From Mobula hypostoma (lineage: Eukaryota), in contig NC_086108.1 of assembly GCF_963921235.1 (NCBI RefSeq), positions 53,012,001 to 53,076,000 of the forward strand: a stretch of 64,000 nt of DNA. Direction: 5' to 3'. Made by a program: the position numbers and the translations under genes. Positions 1 through 12,551 of the stretch are shown piece by piece (the stretch's first letter is position 1; each line of letters begins with the position of its first letter). Under the pieces are notes generated by a model that was given only the letters and a program-made list of their open reading frames with translations, was not told where the DNA came from and ran no database searches.

Positions 1-55
1 AATGCATACATTTCTAAATGACAATAAATGAGGACTGAGTGTCCTCATAATCTAA
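1..55 (+). mobile_element. 3' end of a non-autonomous retroposon (same family as 10654-11337), cut by the window edge
   Basis: Near-identical to ~11280-11334 (atgcat..tttctaaatgacaataaatgaggacNgagtgtNctcataatctaa). Confidence 0.8.
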
Positions 56-589
56 TATTCTATTATTGCTTTTCCTTTTGTGCTACCTTGATATACATAC
101 TGTATATTTAGGCTGATCTGTATGGCTGACATGCAAAACAAAATTCTTAGCTCTGTCTCAATATGCGTGACAATAATTCAATTATCATATAGTTGATTGG
201 CCATTAGCTTCAAATCTAGATCTACTCCATACAGTCACTGACCACCCTAAAGACTACCATAAGCTTTGATCTTCTGAGGCAGATTTCCAAATTGAGATGT
301 CTCTAGCTACTTGTGCTGTAGAGGTTTGACAGGCTGGTGAGTGGAAATGGAATTTGCCAAAATGAATTTAATTACAAAAAATATTCCCTTTTATGTCATA
401 GAAATCAGGCTTATTCAATGTTTTGAGGATGGGACAAAGGGGAACCAACAAATACAATGCATTTCCAAAAGGTATTCTGCATGTACCACATAATAGCTTT
501 TGTGCAAATTCAGGAAAGAAGTGTTTGAATGAGAAAACAAGCAGTGGGGAAAGAATAATTGTTGTCAAATTTCAGGCAATCCAGTAGTA

Positions 590-1197
590 CAGTCTAAATC
601 AATCTGACACTGTCTCCTCTATCTTGTTCATGTGTTACATAGAGCCTTTTGATCAATCTATGGGAAAAGATGGTGGAAGATCCCAGGAAAGTGCTATGGT
701 TGAAGATTCCTATCCATGGACCATTTGTCTACCACTCAGATTCATAAACATCTGTGATCAATTTGAAGTGGTCTTGAATGCTAGAGTGAATTCCAGCAAA
801 AGCAAGGCCATGTTACTTAACAACTGGTTCAACACACAAAAATTATTTGAGGTGCTCAGTAGGTCAAACAGCATGAATGTCGTCACTTTGGGCTGAGACC
901 TTTCATCAGGTCATGACCTGCAGTCTCTCTTGAGTCTTACTTAATAACTGGTTAGCTTGGTCCTTTGTTCCCTTACTGTCAAATCTGATTACTTGAAGGT
1001 GCCAATGAAATGGGAACACATCTCAGATGACTTCCACAACGCAACTGTGGCACATTGAACAATATTGGGAAACATCTCAAAACTGTTGGCAAGGTTCTCT
1101 CCCACAGTGGAGATGGAATCCATTTTCTGCTTCACCTTGGCTGTGAGCTCCCTCCATTTCCTGTTGCATCCCCTCCTCCTACAAACCATATTTTCAA
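590..1197 (+). mobile_element. Degenerate Tx1/L1-clade LINE RT fragment; distal part (~1003-1197) inverted
   Basis: + strand reads LSPILFMCYIEPF, ICDQFEVVLNARVNSSKSKAM..NW and TVKSDYLKV. The expected continuation (IWF..CNRKWRELTAKVKQK..SISTVGENL) lies on the - strand. Resembles fish Tx1 RT motifs from memory. Confidence 0.65.
830..936 (-). mobile_element. Short PLE terminal-repeat insertion with decayed hammerhead motif
   Basis: aacacacaaaa..ctcag..ggctgagaccctttcatcagg matches the PLE end at 4556-4655. 17-bp TSD ttacttaa(c/t)aactggtt at 813-829 and 937-953. Confidence 0.7.
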
Positions 1198-1284
1198 CAC
1201 CTTCTAGAAATAAAGTTTCCCTTGATTCTTTCCTGAAGTAACTGGGTTGTCCTGTTAACGTTAAGCTGACTGCCCCAATACTAT

Positions 1285-1690
1285 GAGAATATTTAGAAGA
1301 TTGAGAGGAAGCCCCATTGAATCATTTTTTGTCTGAGTGGACTTGGCAGGACAGATGCTACAAAAATATTTGCCTATTGGGACATTCTAGAACCAAGACT
1401 ACAGTTTCAGGTAAAGGATTAACTAATTAAAACTTAGATAACGATGTATTCCTTCTTGCAGTTGGACATGAATGTTTGGAATTCTCTGTCCAAGGGAGCC
1501 ATAGATGTAGAGTCAAACTATATTTAAAGTATATTCAAGAATTTTAGATTGTAGCAGAATCAGGAATCATGGGAATGGGGCAGAAGAGTGGAGCTCAGCC
1601 CAGAGATCGGAAAACCATGATCTCACTGGGTGGAGAAGAACCTCTAGAATAGACCATATGGCCTACTCCTTTTTCTGTTTTAAACGTTGT
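1285..1690 (+). mobile_element. CR1 LINE 3' end, old
   Basis: Degenerate match to the CR1 3' ends elsewhere in the window (tttagaagattgagagg..ttctagaaccaag..ggcctactcct). Confidence 0.65.
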
Positions 1691-4619
1691 TACAAACTTA
1701 CTTGGATATCAGATGAAGATATGTCCCAGTGATAGAATCATCTTACTGAGATGATGCTGTGGTAGAAGGGCTTTCTTTCATTTGTTGTCCATTACTAAAG
1801 CAATGACTAAAAATGGAGGAATAGACATTTTGGTTGTGTACTGAAATGATTCCAGTATCAATGAGATAGTGTGTTAGCAAAGATGGGCATCTTCAGTAAT
1901 AGTCACAAACTCAGAAGAAAATGGCCTAGGAATTATTATTTTAACTTTAAAATAGCCGGTGTTATTAACATCCGTGCTGAGCAATTTTCATACTAGAGTG
2001 TAATAGCTTGCAATAATTCTCTTCAGTTTACTGCTTAATAGGCAAAGTCTTTTTAAGTTAAAGTACAGAGCAGAAAAAGGTTTTGACAACTAGTAGCCAA
2101 TGATGAAGAATGTCACATGAATGTGACCTTTGGCACCCAGGGTGCTTAGAGTACGGTAATATTAGTACAATGTAGTCGCAGCTGCTCTCTCAACCTGGAA
2201 GAAGTTCAGACAAACTAAGTATATAATCCACACATTCATCTGAGAGACAGAGAAAGAGTTGCTGGAATGGAAATCAGGCCAGCAGATGAAAACTGGATTG
2301 TGTGCACATCTGTCTCTCTTGTTGATGTTGGAGATTTCGTACCTTCACATCCACGCAAGGAAACAAGAAAGGTATGTGCCCTCAGAGCAGTGGCAATTCC
2401 TGTGAAACTGGCTGAGAAACGGTTTCCTTTGCTTTCCTTCCCTTTACCTCCAATGCTTGCCAGTTTCTTTTTTCTTGCAAGTTTTAACATTTGGTTACAG
2501 AAACCCTCAAAATAATCTCACACAAATAAGCAAATACAGAAAGATTTTAACTTGTTATCATTGTTAGTCCTCTAAAGAAGATTGATTTAAAATATTGTCC
2601 ATTGCCTAGTTTTGGTACTTTATAGTTTCTGATTGCTGGATTTCTGTGTCAGATGCTTTCTTGATTCTTTTTACAATTCTGTTTTATTTAAATTCCTTTA
2701 TCATTTTTATACTTTGTGAACAGCAACTGTATCACCACTAATTTCAATGTGTGGACCATTCCCAGCCAAAGACATTGATAAAAGTCATTTCTAACTTTAG
2801 ACCCTCTGAGTAGTCCAACAACTTACAAATATGATAGTTCCCTTCCTTAAACTACCACATCCAACTAGATCTCCAATGCAAATTTTTTTTCAGTACGCAG
2901 ATTAATGTGATGGAGTAATGTTTGTCCAGGTATTTGGTCTGGGATTTTTGTGGGGTAAATCTTTGCTCAAATTGTTTCACTTATAAGGAAACCTAAACCT
3001 GATTTTCTTGAAGACTAGAAAAAAAATGAAAATAGTTTAGTGTTTCGTAATGCTTCAAAGATAGGTCATTCTAATGTATTGTCTTTAAACAAATCTTAAA
3101 TTTAAGATCAAAAGATTATTCCTGTGTAACATACTTTTACATCGGAGCAAAAAAAAATGTCAGCGTTTAAGTTGTCCAAGCACATCTTCAATGAATATTC
3201 TATAATTTTATTAGTGGCAAGGTCAAAGTCAAAAATCCAGATTGTGAAAATCGAAAATTTATAAATTTTGCTTTTGTAAGAAATGAGCATTGAAAACATA
3301 ATGGTTGTTAGGAAATAGAGCTGTTTTAATCAATGCGTTACATTCACACATTTAATTGCAGACCCGTTCAATTAAATGGTGTTTTTACATCAGCTCACCA
3401 AAAGAACCAGAACAACTTTTTAAAAGCCATTTTAAAAATAACTTTTTTTTAAATAAAAAAATCTAGTGTTCATTTATTCCTGGAAGGAGAAATTGAATTC
3501 ATATTAATTTCCTTTCGAGGTTTTCTCTGTAGGTATTTTCTAATAACAGATCATTTCTTTTTTAACTTTAATCTGGTTCTGCTTGACAAGCTCCATTCTT
3601 TTCATTGAAGGGTAAGACCACTTAAAGAAAGGCCAATAAGCACTTGCACAACCCAGCTGACTGGGGTGATTTGTCACCCTGTGCTCTGGTGGTCACAGGA
3701 ATATATTTATCTCAAGGTAAATGGAGATGCTGAGGATTTGGATTCTGTAGTTGTGATTAAGCCCCCTCCCCCCACTTCCTCTCCATTACTACCACCAATC
3801 CTGTCTATTTTTTGTAGTCTTGATAGATGTTGCTTGTGTTTAGCTATTTGAAATGCCACTAAATCTGTGAATACAATATATAAAAAGATTGTCAGAGAAA
3901 AAAGTATATGATTTATGTAGGTAAAGAAAAGACAATGGAAAGCCAGTGAATTACTGAAAAACACCACTGTCAATAAGGGATGTACTTTTTGCATAAATGT
4001 TTCATTAAAATAAGCCCCCCAATGGGGTGATAGGCTTGGTAGTTTTCTTGCATTAATAGCCTGCTGTTGGACTCCTAAACCTGCACAACACCTGGACGTC
4101 ATTTGCTGTGTGTCATTCTCTGCCCTGACTGCGAATGGTGAGCATTTTAAGGCTTCAGACTCAGAATTATGACAAGTTATTAATTAGTGTCATTATCTGA
4201 AGCAGCATGGTTTGAGATCTCTGCTGCTCTCTGGAGGTAGGTTGTATGTGAATGACACAACTTGAAAAGGCGAGAACCAAACGCACTGAAGCAAAGTGTG
4301 CAATATTGTACCTCAGAAGGGATTGTGTGATTGTGAATAATTTATTAGAAAACATTTTTCTTTGTCTTTTCTGCGGAGCTACGTATCCTCTCCAAACCCC
4401 TTTATCAGGCCCAGAGATAATACACTCATACAGCAATAAAGGTTTATAAAAGATACTACAGAAGCCTAGTTGTCTGTAAAGGTCTAATGCAGACTGAGGA
4501 TTTGACTATTTAAGCCAAAGTGTTATCTATCTCCCAAGCAATTTAATGTTGTTGGAGCAACACACATAAAAGTTGCTGGTGAACACAGCAGGCCAGGCAG
4601 CATCTCTAGGAAGCGGTAC

Positions 4620-4655
4620 AGTCGACGTTTCAGGCTGAGACCCTTCGTCAGGACT
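4620..4655 (-). ncRNA. Minimal type I hammerhead ribozyme motif in the PLE terminal repeat
   Basis: - strand AGUC-CUGACGA-AGG(GUCUCAG)CCU-GAAACGUC-GACU: intact core boxes, stem I AGUC/GACU, stem II AGG/CCU, palindromic ACGU in place of stem III. Confidence 0.8.
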
Positions 4656-4949
4656 AACTGAAGGAAGAGTGAGTAAGGGATTTGAAAGTTGGAGGGGGAG
4701 GGGGAGATCCAAAATGATAGGAGAAGACAGGAGGGGGAGGGATGGAGCCAAGAGCTGGACAGGTGATTGGCAAAAGGGATACGAGAGGATCATGGGACAG
4801 GAGGTCCGGGATGAAAGACAAGGGGGGGGGGGACCCAGAGGATGGGAAAGGGGTATATTCAGAGGGACAGAGGGAGAAAAAGGAGAGTGAGAGAAAGAAT
4901 GTGTGTATAAAAATAAGTAACAGATGGGGTACGAGGGGGAGGTGGGGCA

Positions 4950-6413
4950 TTAGCAGAAGTTAGAGAAGTCGATGTTCATGCCATCAGGTTGGAGGCTACC
5001 CAGACAGAATATAAGGTGTTGTTCCTCCAACCTGAGTGTGGCTTCACCTTTACAGTAGAGGAGGCCGTGGATAGACATGTCAGAATGGGAATGGGATGTG
5101 GAATTAAAAAGTGTGGCAACTGGGAGATCCTGCTTTCTCTGGCGGACAGAGCATAGGTGTTCAGCAAAGCGGTCTCCCAGTCTGCGTCGGGTCTCACCAA
5201 TATATAAAAGGCCACATCAGGAGCACCGGACGCAGTGTATCACCCCAGCCGACTCACAGGTGAAGTGTTGCCTCACCTGGAAGGACTGTTTGGGGCCCTG
5301 AATGGTGGTAAAGGAGGAAGTGTAAGGGCATGTGTAGCACTTGTTCCGCTTACACGGATAAGTGCCAGGAGGGAGATCAGTGGGGAGGGATGGGGGGGAC
5401 AAATGGACAAGGGAGTCGCGTAGGGAGCGATCCCTGCGGAATGCAGGCGGGGGGGGAGGGAAAGATGTGTTTAGTGGTGGGATCCCATTGGAGGTGGCGG
5501 AAGTTACGGAGAATAATATGTTGGACCTAGAGGCTGGTGGGGTGGTAGGTGAGGACCAGGGGAACCCTATTCCTAGTGGGGTGGCGGGAGGATGGAGTGA
5601 GAGCAGATGTACGTGAAATGGGGGAGATGCGTTTAAGAGCAGAGTTGATAGTGGAGGAAGGGAAGCCCCTTTCTTTAAAAAAGGAAGACATCGCCCTCGT
5701 CCTAGAATGAAAAGCCTCATCCTAGAGCAGATGCGGCAGAGACGGAGGAATTGCGAGAAGGGGATGGCATTTTTGCAAGAGACAGGGTGAGAAGAGGAAT
5801 AGTCCAGATAGCTGTGAGAGTCAGTAGGCTTATAGTAGACATCAGTGGATAAGCTGTTTCCAGAGACAGAGATAGAAAGATCTAGAAAGGGGAGGGAGGT
5901 GTTGGAAATGGACCAGGTAAACTTGAGGGCAGGGTGAAAGTTGGAGGCAAAGTTAATAAAGTCAACGAGCTCAGCACGTGTGCAGGAAGCAGCACCAATG
6001 CAGTCGTCGATGTAGCCAAGGAAAAGTGGGGGACAGATACCAGAATAGGCACGGATCATAGATTGTTCCACAAAGCCAACAAAAAGGCAGGCATAGCTAG
6101 GACCCATACGGGTGCCCATAGCTACACCTTTAGTTTGGAGGAAGTGGGAGGAGCCAAAGGAGAAATTATTAAGAGTACGGACTAATTCCGCTAGATAGAG
6201 CAGAGTGGTGGTAGAGGGGAACTGATTAGGTCTGGAATCCAAAAAGAAGCGTAGAGCTTTGAGACCTTCCTGATGGGGGATGGAAGTATATAGGGACTGG
6301 ACATCCATGGTGAAAATAAAGCGGTGGGGGCCAGGGAACTTAAAATCATTGAAAAGTTTAAGAGCGTGAGGAGTGTCACGAACATAGGTCGGAAGGGATT
6401 GAACAAGGGGGGA
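4950..6413 (-). pseudogene. PLE reverse transcriptase + Cys-rich linker + GIY-YIG endonuclease, disrupted
   Basis: Motifs FTMDVQSLYTSIPH, GVAMGTRMGPSYA, YIDD, linker CKRNKCYTC and VIHCVRCS*CGLLYIGETRRRLGDRFAEH. Frameshift near 5720 and in-frame stop at ~5217. Confidence 0.9.
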
Positions 6414-8749
6414 TAATGTTGTTGGGTTTGATTTCTCTAGGAATGAATCATTTGACTGTGAAAAGTTCACTTAGACTTTAACACTTAGGTTCCCCCTCTG
6501 GTTGAGAGGGACATTTAACAGACAGCATTTTCAATGGTTCTTCCATCTGTGTTTTTTCTCTTGCAGTACAGTAGTTAAAATTTTAATTAACAACTGTAAC
6601 TAACATGTCACCATTTTCTGCCAAGGTGTGAACTATGGCAAAGACAAACTGTGAATGACATTATGTCACACTGATCTGGCTCTTCAAAGCTTGTACATGG
6701 AATAGAAAGCTGTGGTGTAAATTTCCAATGTTAACTCATTAAGAGATCTCTAATTGACAAAAGGTCTCCAATGATAATTCTATACAATTGCTGAAGCACC
6801 CAATTTTCAATACAATTAAAAAATGATTAGCACTTCTCTCTTAATTTATTCTGCATTCTATTATTCTCTCTTTTCCTTGTTTTGGTATCCTTTATCTAAC
6901 ACCATTCAACTCTACATTCCTTATCTTGTTTTCTATCTCTGCAGTTTTCCTAATGTCAGTTGAATGTACCATTATACAGGAGAAAGGGAGTGGTAAAAAT
7001 AATTCTTGGCAGAATGTCCTGTTCAGTTGTTGATAAAAGGTCTGGGTTAATACGGGCTCTCACTGCCTTGTGGACAAAGAAAAGTTTCCATTTCATCCTC
7101 CTCATTTCTCGCAGTTTTTTCAAGTAAACCCACTAAGAAAACAGGAAATTAGGATTTACCTGGACAGATTTTGGGACCTTTCAGGTTTGTGGAGTCCAGT
7201 AACAGTTAAGTGAATATATTGTCACCGCAATTATTTGCACTTAAAGGATGTGTGTGTGTGAGTGTGAAATATAATATACACATACACACACACTGTATAT
7301 ATGTTCTATTTCATAAGTGGCAAGAAGATCACTGGAAAATTAGAAAGGAGATATTGGATCCCTTTCCATTAATGGAGTTCACAGGAAAGAGTTTTAAATG
7401 CTAGGCTTGTGCTCAGGACTGTATGGATTAATAAACTTAATCTTGCTTAACTGCCTCAGTGCAGAGCAATAACAAGTTTCTGTAATTAATTGATCAGACT
7501 GTAACCACACATCACGGGATCAGATGCAAAGCACATGTAAATAAAATACAAGGAAATCACTAACTTTTAGGGAAGTTTGGGTCTAGACCCAGCTTGCCTA
7601 AGTTTCATTTCAGGGTTCACAGTTCAGATTGTTAAAATGATTTGGCACGATGAAGAATCTTTAGCATTTTCCTTAAAAAAACTGATAGATCTATGAATCT
7701 TCAGGGTCCATAATATACATTTTTGGCCTCACTATTGACCATTAGCTGAATGAAGCTGTTATCAGCAAACCTAATTGAGCACAGAAATGCATCCCAAAGG
7801 CATTTAATTATGTTAGAGCAAATTATTCTAACCTGGTATGGATATTTAGATATTCTATGTGGCTGTGGAAATTTTGCTTGTTATGGTTGGAGAAAATGTA
7901 TGGAATGTTGTCAAAGATTAAGACAAAATTTAGATCCTCAGATTATGAAAAGAAACATTAACAACTGAAACTGTTCTCATTGATGCAAAGCATTTTGAGA
8001 AGTTCCTTGCGTACTGAAAAGCACTGTAGATATGGATGCAAACAATGGAGTTAGAGGAAAAGAGCACAAAACTAACTAGCCTGAAGGATTAGTCCAAAGA
8101 TGAGAAAATGAGGCCTAGAAATTGAATTGCATGGCACTTGTTTGCTTGATGATTTGCAGTTCAATTTTGACTTTGCTCGGATTTGTAGCACTGGAAGTGA
8201 TCGGAGTGATATTGTGCCAGATACAAAAATTGGACTCTATTCATGTTAACATGCCTAAAATGTGCACGCCATATTACATCATTATTCACAATATTCCCAT
8301 GTTTGCCCTCAGCAATATAAATCAGAGCAGGAAGCTGCAACACAAGACCATTGTGGAACAACCTATTAGGACAAAGAACACTTTGTGTAATCCTTCTGCT
8401 TTTCTTCACTATTTCAAAAGGCACTTTGCTGACATCAAGAAATCTGATAGGGCGAGTTCAAAAGTACCTGAATATAGTTCAAAACTCCTTCCAAAGTCTA
8501 TGAAGAGGGTAATAGTTAAAAGTGGGTAAATTTCCCTAGCATGTATTTGCTGAGCTATTCATTTGACGAATGCCTGGAATGTAACTCCCTTGACTCACTT
8601 CATTACTGGAAGTGCTGCTATGACCAGTCATGCCCACTTGGAGTAGGTTGGGAACTTCAAGGTAGGAAGTAAGACTTGCCTAACTGTAACTAGTGTAGTC
8701 CCACAGATTCTTCAGGGATACCACATCCTAGCTACGTCACTCTGATGAA

Positions 8750-9520
8750 CAATGGATAAGCAGCCCCGGTTTTCCAAGGCTGTTATCTCTGAAGCACATG
8801 ATCTTCAGCCATGCCCTTAAGCCTGGTCTGCTCTCTCCATGGAGCTCAAGGTAATGTTCACTCTCAATGTCTTTGCCATAATATTTTTAAAACTGGTCTC
8901 CTCCATGTCTCCCAATTTGCTGCTCAAAGTTGCATCCGAGAAATTGTCCAGGATTTTATTGTAAAGAAATTATTTCAAATATTTTAACATCAGTGAAGGA
9001 CAGGTGGCACACTGGTACTGGAATCTGCCAACATCATTGGCTTCCCGCAAGTGCAGAGAGCCATGGTGAAAAGAGCTCCCTTGAAGAATCCAGGTCTTTC
9101 TTGAGCATCAAAATTTTCATTTTCCTCCGTTTCAGGTGGTAGTGGATTGCAAGAGTGATTTCTTCATAGTGAGTGCCATGTTTTCAGGAACTCCATTTCC
9201 TCAGACATTTTTGGACATTTTCAGTGCCTGATGTTGCCTAAAAGAGACCCTATACTATTGCTGTGGCACCAGCATGATCTCCATCCATGCCAACAAGACT
9301 TGAGAATCACAGTGGTACCAGGATTCGGTGGAAGATGCTTCATTACCTGCATCTGTCCAAGGATGCTCTGCAGTACACTCCCGGTAAGTGCACAGTCTTC
9401 ATCATCCTGTGCTGCATGGTGCACAATCTAGCAAGCAATAGACAGCAAATAGTCCTAGGAAAGAGCAGCAAGGAGACCCTGGCTGGAGATCCACAAGGTT
9501 GAAGAGCAGCAGGAGGAATA
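8750..9520 (+). mobile_element. PIF/Harbinger (HARBI1-like) transposase remnant
   Basis: KMLHYLHLSKDALQYTPGKCTVFIILCCMVHNLA followed by an acidic stretch resembles the HARBI1-type C-terminus. LKVMFTLNVFA upstream resembles an N-terminal motif. Heavily decayed. Confidence 0.55.
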
Positions 9521-9801
9521 AGAACATGTTGAAGAGGTAGTTATCATGTGGTCATTCCTATTCAGCACCCATAGCTTTAGGTCTCAAGTATTGGCCACAC
9601 AAGATATGGGACTCCCATGAGAAATGGGAAACATGGGAAATGATTTTTATGGAGAGATCAAGTGTTCCTCTCTACACTGTGATCCTTAGCACCAAGGATG
9701 TCCCAACAATCAGCCCAAATGAGTCAGAAGATCCACAGAATCCCCTCAATTCATGCTGTATCAACGTCCCTGTAGTTTCTGATGTATGGCATTTAATTCA
9801 A

Positions 9802-9930
9802 GAACACATGAGATTTTGCAGATGCTGAAAATCTTAAGGAACACAAACAAAGTGTTGGAGGAACTGGAGAAGCCAATCAAGCAGAGGAATAAACTGTAGA
9901 TGTTTCAGGCCGGGACCCTTCACCAGGTCT
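9802..9930 (-). mobile_element. Short PLE terminal-repeat copy, decayed hammerhead
   Basis: tgcagatgctgaaaat..ggaggaact..tgtttcaggccgggacccttcaccagg; core mutated to CUGGUGA. Confidence 0.7.
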
Positions 9931-10653
9931 CATTTAAGAAAGTCCTACTCTTGCTCATTAAATGGGTGCTAGCCCCTTTCATGTATTTGAATGGTGCATG
10001 GCCTCTTCCTGTTCCAGTTTTAGCATATAAGCACAGTACATTATTGAACTTATACTTGACTAATGGAAACAACATTCACTATATTGTAGCAGCTTCCCTC
10101 CATGATTCGAGTTCGCTCAATCATTTTCATATTGGTTTTTATACCTTGTCAACTTTTGGCATCCCTGCTCCCACCACTTACTACCATTACTACCTCTGCC
10201 TCTGAGGCACAGCCATCTGCTTGTCCCATCAAGTTGTAAACTTGAAACTTTAATACCCTACAGAAAACCAGCTGTTGTGAGCTAACTTTGACACATAAAT
10301 TCCACCTTCTGCCTGACACAGTTGATGGTTCATGAGCCATACTTATCAAACGCCTGAAAAGGAATCGTGTTTGAACAAGGTCAGCCAATTTTTATGCATA
10401 CATAAGGAATAAAAACACTACACACATCCTTGACATGAAAGGGGGGCCAAGTTATTTGTCTTCCACCACAAGAGCTGAAAGCTGTCTTTGGTAAAGATGG
10501 TATGGTGTAAAGTGTAAAAGTGCTCAGCAATTTAGGTCAGGTAGGATACAATAATATGGCCAGAAGGGTGGAATTGCATATTTCTGTATCAGGAAGAACT
10601 TTAAGATACTTTTGCTCCAGCCCATTACTCAACTCACCCGATTCCTCAACAAG

Positions 10654-11337
10654 GAGGAGGAGGAGAAGATGGCGGCGCGACGCAGCGCGTGCGGCCACTT
10701 CGGTGGTGATATCAGTTATTTGTCAAGTAGGGGACCGTGCACAATTCTGATTTGATGGTGAAAGACGTGAGCGTGCGGAGGAACATCTGGAGAAACTTCT
10801 GAAAAGCCCGCTTTGCTGCGACTGTTACTGTGTGGTCCGGAATCTCTGGAGAAGGTCCCGAATCCTCGGCTTTGCTTGTCTTGGTAGCCGGGATGAGGTC
10901 GAAGGCGCTGGGCAGAGGATGGTGCTCGGGAGGCTGTATCGGAGGGGCTGGTCAGACGCTCCAAGTTTTCGGATGGACAGACGCAGTGTCAGCTGTTGTC
11001 AGGTGCTTCCAATGCATCGACAGTTGTCGGTGCCTGGAGGTTTATGGCAGGGAGTTTCTCCCTTTGCCGCCTGCTATCGGGGACTTGGGAGTCGATCGAC
11101 TCGGGACTTTGAGACTTTTTTTTTACCGTGCCCATGGTCTGTTCTTTATCAAATTATGGTATTGCTTGGCACTGCTGTAACTATATGTTATAATTATGTG
11201 GTTCTGTCAGTGTTAGTCTTTGGTTTGTCCTGTTTTTCTGTGATATCACTCTGGAGGAACATTGTATCATTTCTTAACGCATGCATGCATTTCTAAATGA
11301 CAATAAATGAGGACCGAGTGTTCTCATAATCTAAAAA
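10654..11337 (+). mobile_element. Non-autonomous ~680-bp retroposon with a Rex1/Babar-like 3' end
   Basis: CpG-rich, starts with aagatggcggc and ends gacaataaa..taatctaa. Possible short TSD aacaag. A second 3' end occurs at 1-55. No recognisable coding content. Confidence 0.65.
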
Positions 11338-11469
11338 AACAAGCATTATAAGTTTACATTTAATAATAGTCTTTAATATCCTGAGGAATTTTCAAATTTC
11401 ATGTATAGAATCATTGCATCTTTGGTCCCACTTTCAGGTTTTGTTTCTTGGGTGACATGGTCAAATTTA

Positions 11470-11700
11470 ACAGTACATCACAGGAACAGAACTTTTTGAC
11501 CCACAATGTTGTGCCAAACCAAATAAATCAATGATCAAATAATCAACTAATCCTTATTCCTCCACAATCTCCAAATCCCTCTATTTTCCTCACATCCATG
11601 TGCCTATCTAAACGTCTCTAAAAGGCCCGAATATATCCACCTCTACCACCACACCAGGTACCAACCATTCTCTAAAAAACTTGCCTCTAATGTTTCTTTT
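11470..11700 (-). mobile_element. CR1 3' end fragment
   Basis: cccacaatgttgtgcc and ctctaccacc match the reverse complement of the CR1 3' end at 13700-13890. Confidence 0.6.
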
Positions 11701-12551
11701 AATGCCCAAATGTTACAATAATTTTGATATTTACCTGACAGTGATGAAAATTCATTATTTTTTTCCTTTTCATAAAATAGTGCAGAATCCTATCCTAACA
11801 AAGTAGTTATTATAGGTTTTCTTGAAAACAAAATTGTGCAAGAGATATTCAACAGCATTTCCAATTAACATTTATTAACATCTGCTCACCAATAACCCAG
11901 TAATCAACACTTAGTTCAAGTTCTGTCAGAAACATTGAATACCAGACATTGATTTGGATGTGGCCATGAAAGCTGATTGTCGGAGTGGCTGGTTTCAGCA
12001 GTGGCTGAGTTTAGCATCAAGGTGGCCCTGCTCAGGTGGGCTCAATGACAGTTACCGTTATGCCTGACATAAAGCAATATGATTTTATGATAGCTGAAAG
12101 CTAATCATAGCAGCACTAGGGTATCAGCAGACGTTCCTTCTGGAAATATCCTGGCTATAAACATCCTCAGACACTTTACCAAAGATTTTCCTTCACAGAA
12201 TAGTCAAGAGTGATAATTTCCCAGTGTTCAGTTCCAGTTCCAGGTATATCTCCTTTTACAATAATGCAGTCTAGGTCAAGTTATAGCACAAATATCAAGA
12301 TTTAGGCTGCACAGCGGGAGGTATCATTTCTACCATACTATCATCGAATAATGACCAACTGAAACAAGTGAAGGCAAGATGATCTCTGAAACCTTTTAAG
12401 AGCAAAGCCTCCATTACCTTTGTCCTCACTCAGTGCCTTCAAGAACACCATTAACCAGAAGCAGAATGTCTAAGCCATACAAACAGGATGAAAGGTAGAG
12501 ATTGCATGAGAGGCCTACTTCTGGATCCCGCAATAGTTCTTCATCATTTTA

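Larger units (their letters stand above)
4556..6413 (-). mobile_element. Penelope-like element (Neptune-type), 5'-truncated
   Basis: RT plus GIY-YIG coding remnant, pyrimidine-rich 3' region and terminal repeat. Perfect 12-bp TSD taatgttgttgg at 4544-4555 and 6414-6425. Confidence 0.92.

Noticed and set aside
2236..2515. Overlapping 82-84-aa ORFs with a donor-like aag/gtatgt
   Set aside because: No recognisable homology and no convincing acceptor; compatible with chance.
5217..6470. 417-aa ORF as an intact active reverse transcriptase
   Set aside because: The start lies outside the element (beyond the TSD), the element is 5'-truncated, part of the ORF is off-frame after ~5720, and a stop interrupts the nuclease.
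8122..8529. 135-aa ORF in unique sequence
   Set aside because: Non-ATG start, no recognisable domain, no supporting exon structure.
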